A stretch of 11,302 bases of DNA from NCBI GenBank assembly GCA_034190465.1, contig JAXINV010000017.1, positions 1 through 11,302 of the forward strand, in the 5' to 3' direction. This document shows positions 1-7,058 of the stretch, in pieces (positions within the stretch are counted from its first letter, which is position 1; each line of letters starts with the position of its first letter). Source of the DNA: Candidatus Asbonarchaeum danakilense. Its GTDB lineage: Archaea; Nanohalarchaeota; Nanosalinia; Nanosalinales; Nanoanaerosalinaceae. The position numbers and the translations under genes were made by a program. The notes under the pieces were generated by a model that searched no databases, was not told the origin of the DNA, and saw only the letters and a program-made list of their open reading frames with translations.

Positions 1-2
1 GG

Positions 3-458
3 ATGGTTGTCGGCCTCACCGGGGTAGATGAAGACCTGGAAAGCGACCTCCCACGGAATTTCTGACGGTTACTGATCGAGCAACCGAACCACGGCCTCAC
101 AGAATCCAGTTACCTGTCCCGGCTCCGTCTTATCGATAGGTGAACCACGTTCGTGCGACGGGACAACGAGACGGAGCTTGTCGGCGGGACAACCGAAAAC
201 ATCCATGCCTCAATGGTGCCGGGCATGATTGCAAACCTCCTAGAGGAGGCAGGGAAGGGACGGCGTGTCGCCTTCGAGATCCAGCCAGAATCCCGGCCAG
301 CGACAGCGAAGTACCAAGTCCGGTGGCAGTTCCTCACCTACGACCACGTTGAGGAACACTGGGTCCCAGTCCATACCCACGAAAACAAGCATGACGGGGT
401 CGTGGCCTGGCTCAGGCGAAGCTTCAAGCAGCTATCCAGTCTCATCGAATCCAAGGTC
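3..458 (+). pseudogene. Possible decayed coding sequence in frame +3, interrupted by two in-frame TGA stops
   Basis: Frame +3 reads as acidic, gene-like sequence (VVGLTGVDEDLESDLPRNF*RLLIEQPNHG...IDR*TTFVRRDNETELVGG...). Its only stops are TGA at 63-65 and 141-143, and it runs in frame into the ATG at 459. No family recognised. Confidence 0.25.
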
Positions 459-863
459 ATGCCGACCTTCGACGTCGACCAGGAGAAGATCAACGTCTTC
501 GAGGTCAACGACACCTACCTGTTCAAACACTACTTCGAGAACGACGAGGTGTTCGACGAGCTCGGCCGGTACTACAACCAGGACGCCTACCGCTTCGAAC
601 TCCCCGACCGAACGACGCTGCAACAGGTCGACGAACTCCTCGGGGAGTACTTCCACACCCTCAACCTCGTTAGCGACATCGAACCCTACTGCGTCGTCGT
701 GGAACGCGGCGAGGACTATAGTGACATCCTCCGCAACGCCGTCGTCCAGTTCGACCGAGGACGACGAATTGTTTTCCTGATGAAAGACAAACTCTCCGCT
801 GACCAAGCTATAGAGCAGGACGCAACACCGTTGGAGGAAGCGGAAATCAGCAACCTACTCTAA
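459..863 (+). CDS. Conserved hypothetical protein of a haloarchaeal-type family (134 aa)
   Basis: Part of ORF 153..863. Strong GAC/GAG/TTC codon bias and acidic composition begin at ATG 459 (MPTFDVDQEKINVFEVNDTYLFKHYF...YYNQDAYRFE...FLMKDKLS). The YLFKHYF/YRFE/FLMKD pattern resembles a hypothetical family I recall from halophilic archaea. The 459 start is preferred over GTG 153. Confidence 0.8.
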   Translation: MPTFDVDQEKINVFEVNDTYLFKHYFENDEVFDELGRYYNQDAYRFELPDRTTLQQVDELLGEYFHTLNLVSDIEPYCVVVERGEDYSDILRNAVVQFDRGRRIVFLMKDKLSADQAIEQDATPLEEAEISNLL

Positions 864-878
864 TCGAAATAACGAGGT

Positions 879-1181
879 TTAACCACTCTCAAGGCTATTC
901 GTTTCTCGCTCAATTTTGTGGATGTGCCGGAGGACTTGTTCACCCTGGTCGGTGAGGACGTAGTGGCGAAAGGTATGATCTTCGGGATTGAGACACTCAA
1001 CGATGTCGCGTTCACGGAGCTGTTTAAGAGCTCGACAGGTATTCGGTAAGCCGATTTTCGTACGGTCAGCGAGATCGGTAGGTGTCAAAGGTGACGGCGA
1101 CCGAGCCAAAGTTGCAACAACGTTTCGCCGATTCTTGGAGCGCCGGACAAACGAGACCAAACTCCAGAACTCATCAGCCAT
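879..1181 (-). CDS. Winged helix-turn-helix transcriptional regulator (ArsR/MarR-like, archaeal type)
   Basis: 100 aa. The pattern SFVRRSKNRRNVV..L...PLTPTDLADRTKIGLPNTCRALKQLRERDIVECL....RHYVLTDQG is an HTH followed by a wing ending in YxLTxxG. Confidence 0.88.
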   Translation of the reverse strand: MADEFWSLVSFVRRSKNRRNVVATLARSPSPLTPTDLADRTKIGLPNTCRALKQLRERDIVECLNPEDHTFRHYVLTDQGEQVLRHIHKIERETNSLESG

Positions 1182-1257
1182 ACAACGTCACTGCGAGACA
1201 GCCACATAACACTCAAACTGTCACCGACCATTATTCCTCCATTGCACGAATATTCAG

Positions 1258-1315
1258 ATTTATAAATGATCCATCATAATCAGGGACCACAATACACGAC
1301 CAGTACACGGTATAA
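1258..1315. promoter_or_regulatory. Divergent promoter region between the regulator and the adhesin gene
   Basis: Perfect palindrome ATTTATAAAT at 1258-1267. TATAA at 1311-1315 lies about 21-25 nt before ATG 1336, which fits a leaderless archaeal transcript. TACACG direct repeats occur at 1293-1298 and 1304-1309. Confidence 0.45.
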
Positions 1316-1335
1316 CATCCACCAGCCGGCGACCT

Positions 1336-4300
1336 ATGGACACGAATACAAAATACTTATTTTTGGTTCTAAGTTTAGTCGTATTTTCGGGAAGTGGTAC
1401 AGCGGAGTATTTCTGGTATAACACTCAGACCCATTATAACAACTCGGGCCACCCTACCACGACAAATGGGTTCGATAAATTCTTTAATACAGCTACGAGC
1501 GGCGTATCGTTCGGAGGTAGCGGAGCGTATAACAGTCGAATCTACTGGCATGATACTAGTAGCTGGGATGCTAAGCCAGGATATTTACCAGCTGACGGAT
1601 TTTCCTGGAAATTTGTAGGTTCACTCTATGCACCATCTTCAGGCACATACAACATAGCGGTAGATGCTGACGACGCAACAGACGTTTGGATTGATGGTAA
1701 TCTTGTAGCAAAATGGTACTCCGGCCACGGTACCTGTGGCTGTTGGAGTCATTCTGGAACCATCACCCTATCGAAAGGATGGCACAACTTTAAAGCACGG
1801 ATGGAAGAGGGGGGCGGAGGAGATGGCATTGGAGTAGCGTGGATCAAGCCGAGTGGTTCCAGTTACAGTCTTATCCCCTCAAACAGATACTCTGATAACC
1901 GAGTACCAAATAGTCCCAAAAACCCTTCCCCTCCAGATGGGAAAACCGGTGTTTCAACTTCTCCAACTCTTTCTGTCACTGTATCGGATCAGGATGGTGA
2001 TTCGATGAATGTGACGTTTTATGATGCGAGTGATGGGTCGGTGATTGGGACGGATGTGGGTGTGGCGTCAGGAGGAACGGCGTCGGTGCAATGGACCGGG
2101 TTGCAGTCCGGGACGACGTACTCGTGGTATGCAGTGGCAGATGATGGACCGACGACAAATCAGAGTTCGACATGGAACTTTACAACGAGCTACGCACCTT
2201 CTGTACAGGGGTTCCAGTTCACTGATGAGGGCGGAGATCATGCTTTTGCAACTGATGCGGTGATCAGTGATCAGAACGGGGAGAGCGACATTTCGTCGTG
2301 TTCGTTGGTGGTGCGGGATGGTGAGGGGAATTCGCAGAGTTATGCGGCAAGTCTGGACCGGGCGTTCGGGACAGGGGATGAGGCTGCGTGTAATGTTTCC
2401 AGTTCTGTGAGTTTTGCCGATCAGGCCGGGTGGGCGCATACTGAGTCCATGACCGTGGAGTTCAGAGCTACTGACGAGGCAGGGAACACCGGAATTGGCA
2501 GCACCTCGCATAACTTCCCAAACCACGCCCCCATCGTCAAGCCATCGTTCTTTGTTGCTGAGACAACGCAGAGCGACTGGTCATCCGGGACGTTGAGCGG
2601 AGTGTCGGCGTCGAATGGGAGCTTGTCGCTGGCAGTAACGCCGTATAGTCTTGTGTCGGTCGGGTTGAGTAGCACGTCTGAGCCGCGGCCGCAGGGGCTC
2701 TACGATGGTGGCGGTAATCTGATTGCTCGTAGCGGTCGGTCCTACATGGTATCGGTCTTGGATACATCGACGAATACCTTCGATTCCCATACGACCTACG
2801 ACGTATATGGTTCAAAAGCGGAGGCCGGTGCGATGGCGGATGCATTGAATGCACTCCCCAACAATGGGTCGAAAATTGTTCTTATCCATACCTATGATGA
2901 ACCGCAGAGAAATCGGCTGAGTAACGGGTCTGCTGAGGCGATGTATGCGGTCGGTGCGTCAACCGAGGTGTACGGATCCTCTAATTTCAAGTACCGGTCA
3001 GCATATGCACTCGTCGGACGACCAGGGATTGGTGAGGGGAATGCCTTTCTTGAGGCATATGCTGGCGATGTCGACAGTGACACGGATGCGTGGGTTGACA
3101 GGACGTGGCGGGGGGCTCACAATATGAGTGGCTCTCGTGTCACCTCCTACAACCTTTCCTCCGTTGGGATAGCGTCTGGGAGCTTGATTAGATGGGATGC
3201 TACCCTGCCTGCCGGCACATCGATTACTGTTGAAACGTCGCTCGACGGTGGGGCCACCTGGCAACAGGCAACAAACGGCGGAAATATCACGGGGATATCC
3301 TCCGGGACCAACCTGACCGGAACCGAGTTACTGGTGAGAATCAGGCTCGAGACAACCGATACAACCGTGACACCACAGCTGCATAATCTGGTGCTCAGTG
3401 TTTCCTCACAAAGTGACGGCCCAACATTCAGCGATTCTCCCACCGAGCATGCATTCACGGTCAGCGCCTCAGCGATCGATACAGACGCAGGGAACAGCGA
3501 ATTAGCGTCGTGTACAGTACGGCACGTCGACCAGCAAGGGAATCAACATACGACGACAGGCACACTCGACACCAGTTATGGCGGTAATGATGAAGCACGG
3601 TGCACCGCCACGGTTAACGCCTCGTACAGCGGCTATACTGGCAGCGACACGCTTGACGTAACGGTCGTATTCCAGGATCAGCACGGCGCTACCGTTCAGA
3701 CCACAACCGCCTCCCATGCCTTTCCGAATCATGTGCCGAGTATCGCATCGAGTCCCACATTCGCTAACAGCTCAACACAGCACACGTTCAACATCTCCGC
3801 CGTCGGGAAGGACACGGACGCTGGCAGCAGCGAGCTGTCGTCGTGCACCGTGACGCACAGCGACGGCGAAAGCACGTACGCAACGGCAGGAAACCTCGAT
3901 ACGAGCTACGGTACGACGGACGAAGCAAGCTGCGAGCTGCGGATCGCCGCCGAGGTCGAGGGCGGGTTCAGCGGCTACCTCCCCGGTGAACGGATCTCGG
4001 TCGATGTCAGGTTCACGGACGTCCACGGTGCCACGGTGACGACGAGCCAGACGTCCAACCCGGTGCCGAACCGGAAGCCGGAGATCCATCCGCCGATCCT
4101 GACGTTCCCGTCCGCGCCGGATGTGCTGGACAATGTGACGGCCCGTGTCAACACGAGCGATGTAGGTGATCCGGTCCGGTATGCGAACTTCACGGTCTGG
4201 GAGTACAACCAGGACACGGAGAACCGTGTGTTCGTCAACGAGAACGGGACGATGTGGCGGAACGGCAGCTTCCAGCTGTGGAACGCGACCGAGTTCCAGG

Positions 4301-5259
4301 CAGACCTGGAGAACGCCACGTACAACTTCTCCCTCACCGTCAGCGATGGCTACGCGGAGGTCAGGCGGAGCGGGAAACTGTTCACCCTGGAAGCGGTCAA
4401 GCCGGATGTCTCTGAGCTGTCGTTCTACCGGCCTGATCCGTGGGGGGTGGCGGAGACGTGGTTCCGTCCAGGGCAGGGCCTCGGCGCGTACGTGACCGTG
4501 ACGGATGCGAACGGCCGCGGCGACATCGTCAGCTACGGCGGGCAGGCGATCGATCCAAATGGGCAGACGTTCACGATGTCGTCGTTCAACGTCGAGAACC
4601 AGGTGTTGAACGGGTACAACCTGTCCATCTTCTACAGCGTGCCGGACGACGCGGTCAGTGGGGACTGGGATATGCGGATCACGGCAACGGACGAAGACGG
4701 ACTGCAGGGCAGCAACAGGTCGACGTTCCATGTGACGAGGTATACATCGGTGACAGCGAGCGTGGAGCAGTCGCTGCAGAACGATACCGTTTACGTGGAC
4801 GGCAATAACGTCAGCGACGGGGTGTACACGGACAGTGAGGTCTCTTTCCCGTACGCTGTCCGGATCTGGCGCCGGCTGTTGACCGGTGTGATTAACTATG
4901 GGCGGTTCACGCAGCTCACCGTCGACGGGCAGCGGCTCACCATGACGCAGGAGTTCGCGGACAACCAGTTCCTGCTGCCCGCCACCGAGGCCAGCCTGTT
5001 CGACCTGGAGCAGCTGGAGGACCAGTTCACCGGCGGCCTCCTCTCCGGCCGCAGCTTCCTGGAGAACGCTGTGGCATCGATCGGCTACGGGACGACGGAT
5101 GAGAAGACGGTGCGGGTTGCTGCCCGATTCGAGAAGAATGAACGTATCCAGATACATGGATTTGACGGCAGTCTTTCCAGCGGTATCCATGAGCTGCTGA
5201 TCGAGAAAGAAGGGGTGGAAAACAGGTCAATGATTGTTAGTGTGGAGCTGGTACGATGA
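1336..5259 (+). CDS. Large secreted multidomain surface protein/adhesin (PA14 domain, Ig/FN3-like domains, ILEI-like lectin domain, three Cys-pair repeats)
   Basis: 1307-aa ORF with an N-terminal signal peptide (KYLFLVLSLVVFSGSGTA|EY). PA14 signature FSWKFVGSLYAPSSGTYNIAVDADDATDVWIDG...ITLSKGWHNFKARMEEGGGGDGIGVAWIKP. FN3/Ig-like VSTSPTLSVTVSDQDGD...GLQSGTTYSWYAVADDG. ILEI-like RSYMVSVLD...TYDVYG...IVLIHTYDEP...YRSAYALVGRPG. Ser/Thr-rich with many N-x-S/T sequons. Confidence 0.9.
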   Translation: MDTNTKYLFLVLSLVVFSGSGTAEYFWYNTQTHYNNSGHPTTTNGFDKFFNTATSGVSFGGSGAYNSRIYWHDTSSWDAKPGYLPADGFSWKFVGSLYAPSSGTYNIAVDADDATDVWIDGNLVAKWYSGHGTCGCWSHSGTITLSKGWHNFKARMEEGGGGDGIGVAWIKPSGSSYSLIPSNRYSDNRVPNSPKNPSPPDGKTGVSTSPTLSVTVSDQDGDSMNVTFYDASDGSVIGTDVGVASGGTASVQWTGLQSGTTYSWYAVADDGPTTNQSSTWNFTTSYAPSVQGFQFTDEGGDHAFATDAVISDQNGESDISSCSLVVRDGEGNSQSYAASLDRAFGTGDEAACNVSSSVSFADQAGWAHTESMTVEFRATDEAGNTGIGSTSHNFPNHAPIVKPSFFVAETTQSDWSSGTLSGVSASNGSLSLAVTPYSLVSVGLSSTSEPRPQGLYDGGGNLIARSGRSYMVSVLDTSTNTFDSHTTYDVYGSKAEAGAMADALNALPNNGSKIVLIHTYDEPQRNRLSNGSAEAMYAVGASTEVYGSSNFKYRSAYALVGRPGIGEGNAFLEAYAGDVDSDTDAWVDRTWRGAHNMSGSRVTSYNLSSVGIASGSLIRWDATLPAGTSITVETSLDGGATWQQATNGGNITGISSGTNLTGTELLVRIRLETTDTTVTPQLHNLVLSVSSQSDGPTFSDSPTEHAFTVSASAIDTDAGNSELASCTVRHVDQQGNQHTTTGTLDTSYGGNDEARCTATVNASYSGYTGSDTLDVTVVFQDQHGATVQTTTASHAFPNHVPSIASSPTFANSSTQHTFNISAVGKDTDAGSSELSSCTVTHSDGESTYATAGNLDTSYGTTDEASCELRIAAEVEGGFSGYLPGERISVDVRFTDVHGATVTTSQTSNPVPNRKPEIHPPILTFPSAPDVLDNVTARVNTSDVGDPVRYANFTVWEYNQDTENRVFVNENGTMWRNGSFQLWNATEFQADLENATYNFSLTVSDGYAEVRRSGKLFTLEAVKPDVSELSFYRPDPWGVAETWFRPGQGLGAYVTVTDANGRGDIVSYGGQAIDPNGQTFTMSSFNVENQVLNGYNLSIFYSVPDDAVSGDWDMRITATDEDGLQGSNRSTFHVTRYTSVTASVEQSLQNDTVYVDGNNVSDGVYTDSEVSFPYAVRIWRRLLTGVINYGRFTQLTVDGQRLTMTQEFADNQFLLPATEASLFDLEQLEDQFTGGLLSGRSFLENAVASIGYGTTDEKTVRVAARFEKNERIQIHGFDGSLSSGIHELLIEKEGVENRSMIVSVELVR
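2191..4068 (+). repeat. Three diverged ~110-aa intragenic repeats (2191-2520; 2521-2550 plus 3421-3726; 3727-4068)
   Basis: Shared protein pattern H[AT]F...D..G.S[DE][IL].SC......DG.......LD..[FY]G..DEA.C......[ST]...PNH/R.P. Each copy has two Cys (SSCSLV/EAACNV; ASCTVR/EARCTA; SSCTVT/EASCEL). Confidence 0.8.
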
Positions 5260-5960
5260 AAGGGCAGTCGGTGCTACTCTCGTATGCGATCTATATCGGG
5301 CTGGGACTTTCCGCGGTCTACATCGTGGTGAGTAGCGGTGTTCCGATACTTGAGGATATGCAGGACACGGCAGCGATTCAGAGCCAGGTCGATCAGCTGT
5401 CGTCGCTTGCCGACAAGATACAGCGCGTTTCCCGCCAGACGACAGGGGCGCAGAAGAGGGTCCGGGTCCAGATTGACCGGGGAAGCCTGTTCATCGAGAA
5501 CGAGTCGATCGTCTACGAGATCAAGACAGGGAGCGGTATCATCACGGCAGGTAGTAAACGCCGGTTCGGTAACGTCGTGCTCTCGGCCAACGCCCAGACG
5601 TCCGTCATGAAGACGACGTACAACGGCACTGAGTGCTACAGGATGGCGAACCAGTACATCGAGACATGCGTCAAGGCGTTCGGGACGGAGACGAGCTTTG
5701 AGCAGGGGTACTTGAATGAGACCGTGCTGTACCTGGAGAACCACAGGATCAACAAGACGCTGCATCCGGACCTCTCCCTCGCCATCAACGGCAACAGTTC
5801 GATCGATGCCGGCAGGATCAGTGCGCGGCCGGTGGCGACGGGCCAGTACCTGGGACAGGGCCGCCTGCTCCTCTTCGTTGATCCCGACGGCCGGCCGACC
5901 TACACGGTGGCCGTCCAGCTCCGCAGCGGCTCCGACTTCCTGCAAATTGAGGTGCGATGA
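5256..5960 (+). CDS. Type IV pilin/archaellin-like protein with class III signal peptide (234 aa)
   Basis: N-terminus MKG|QSVLLSYAIYIGLGLSAVYIVVSSGVPIL fits a PibD/FlaK cleavage motif ([KR][GA]|Q) followed by a hydrophobic helix. The ATGA overlaps the stop of the adhesin gene. Confidence 0.78.
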   Translation: MKGQSVLLSYAIYIGLGLSAVYIVVSSGVPILEDMQDTAAIQSQVDQLSSLADKIQRVSRQTTGAQKRVRVQIDRGSLFIENESIVYEIKTGSGIITAGSKRRFGNVVLSANAQTSVMKTTYNGTECYRMANQYIETCVKAFGTETSFEQGYLNETVLYLENHRINKTLHPDLSLAINGNSSIDAGRISARPVATGQYLGQGRLLLFVDPDGRPTYTVAVQLRSGSDFLQIEVR

Positions 5961-5999
5961 CTGTAAGGCCGACGGATCGAGCCACCTGACCGACAGCTG

Positions 6000-6005
6000 T
6001 TTAAA
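6000..6005 (+). promoter_or_regulatory. TATA box for the nucleotidyltransferase triplet (probably leaderless transcript)
   Basis: TTTAAA lies 24-29 nt upstream of ATG 6029, and no SD is visible. Confidence 0.6.
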
Positions 6006-6028
6006 GTTTCTCATCGGAACGTGACAAC

Positions 6029-6544
6029 ATGTCGGACGATGCTGTCATCGTCGGCCGGTTCCAGCCGTTCCACCACGGTCACCGTATCAACATGATCGAG
6101 TATGCACAGCAGGAGTACGACGAGGTCTACCTGGGCATCGGTGTGGACCCGGACGGCAGGACTGGCCGGAACCCGCTGACGTACGGGGAGCGCGAGGACG
6201 TGATCGACGAGCTGTACCCGGACCTCCCGACGTTCCCCGTGGAGGAGGACACGGACCCTGGATCGTGGGTGGACAACATCGAGGACGGGCTGGACGGGTA
6301 CCGCGAAGACCACGAGGTCACCCCTGTCACCGGCAACACGACGAGCCGTGACAGCTTCGAGCAGGAAGGCTACGACGTCGACTTCCGGGAGGAGGACGAC
6401 CTGGTCGGCGACGATGTCTACCGCGGCACGAGGATACGGGAAAGGGCACGGGACGGTGGGGAGTGGCGGCATCTGGTGCCGGACGATGCCGCAGCGAAAC
6501 TGGACGAGATCGGGTTCGAGGAGCGGGTGCGGCAGCATGACTGA
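6029..6544 (+). CDS. nadM: Nicotinamide-nucleotide adenylyltransferase-like protein (archaeal NadM/NMNAT family, cytidyltransferase-like fold), paralog A
   Basis: GRFQPFHHGH (HxGH motif), NPLTYGER, WVDNI, VTGN, YRGTRIRER and WRHLVP match the archaeal NMNAT layout. 171 aa. Confidence 0.85.
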   Translation: MSDDAVIVGRFQPFHHGHRINMIEYAQQEYDEVYLGIGVDPDGRTGRNPLTYGEREDVIDELYPDLPTFPVEEDTDPGSWVDNIEDGLDGYREDHEVTPVTGNTTSRDSFEQEGYDVDFREEDDLVGDDVYRGTRIRERARDGGEWRHLVPDDAAAKLDEIGFEERVRQHD

Positions 6545-7058
6545 CGACGCGGTGATCATCGGCAGGTTCCAGCCCCTGCACCGGGGCCACGACGAGGGCC
6601 TGATCGACTATGCGCAGGAGGCGTACGACCAGGTCTATCTGGGCGTCGGTGTCTCTGGCGATGAGCCGACCGGCCACGACCCGCTGTACGGCGATGAACG
6701 GGAGGAGCTGCTGGATGAGGTCTATCCCGATGTCGAGGTGTTCCAGGTCGAGGACCAGGGCGACAACGAGGCATGGGTCCGCGAGGTGGAGGACCGGGTC
6801 GCTGACTACGTGGAGGACGGGTTCGTCCCGGTGACGGGCAACGAGTGGACGGCGGAGTGCTTCGAGGAGTTCCCGGAGACGGACTACACGGTTGATTTGC
6901 TGGAGGAAGAGGACATGCTCGACAGGGACACGTACCGCGGCACACGGATCCGTGAGAAGATACGTGACGGGGAGGACTGGGAGCACCTGGTGCCCGAGAA
7001 GGTCAGAGAACAACTTGACGAACTCGGCTTCGCTGCACGGGTGCGACGGTATGGCTGA
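6537..7058 (+). CDS. nadM: NadM/NMNAT-like nucleotidyltransferase, paralog B (173 aa)
   Basis: The likely start is ATG 6537 (MTDDAVIIGRFQPLHRGH), by alignment with paralog A. Also DPLYGDER, DQGDNEAWV, VTGN, YRGTRIREK, WEHLVP. Overlaps paralog A by 8 nt (ATGACTGA). Confidence 0.85.
   Translation: MTDDAVIIGRFQPLHRGHDEGLIDYAQEAYDQVYLGVGVSGDEPTGHDPLYGDEREELLDEVYPDVEVFQVEDQGDNEAWVREVEDRVADYVEDGFVPVTGNEWTAECFEEFPETDYTVDLLEEEDMLDRDTYRGTRIREKIRDGEDWEHLVPEKVREQLDELGFAARVRRYG

Noticed and set aside
153..458. N-terminal extension of ORF 153..863 from a GTG start
   Set aside because: The recognisable family pattern and strong codon bias begin at ATG 459.
1336..5259. Diversity-generating retroelement target or CRISPR-like repeats in the adhesin
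   Set aside because: No near-identical TR/VR pair differing at adenines, no reverse transcriptase and no regularly spaced nucleotide repeats were seen. The repeats are old and visible mainly at protein level.
3772..6014. Long minus-strand ORFs 3772..5190 and 5274..6014
   Set aside because: These are antisense shadows of GC3-biased plus-strand genes. They are rich in R/V/L/H/P, have no motifs, and lack the acidic composition of real genes here.
6348..7050. Extended starts at 6348 and 6892 for NMNAT paralogs B and C, or a frameshifted single fusion protein
   Set aside because: The extensions overlap the upstream paralog and are R/S/T/G-rich. Each paralog has its own ATG aligned with paralog A's start and its own stop, and no slippery site is evident.
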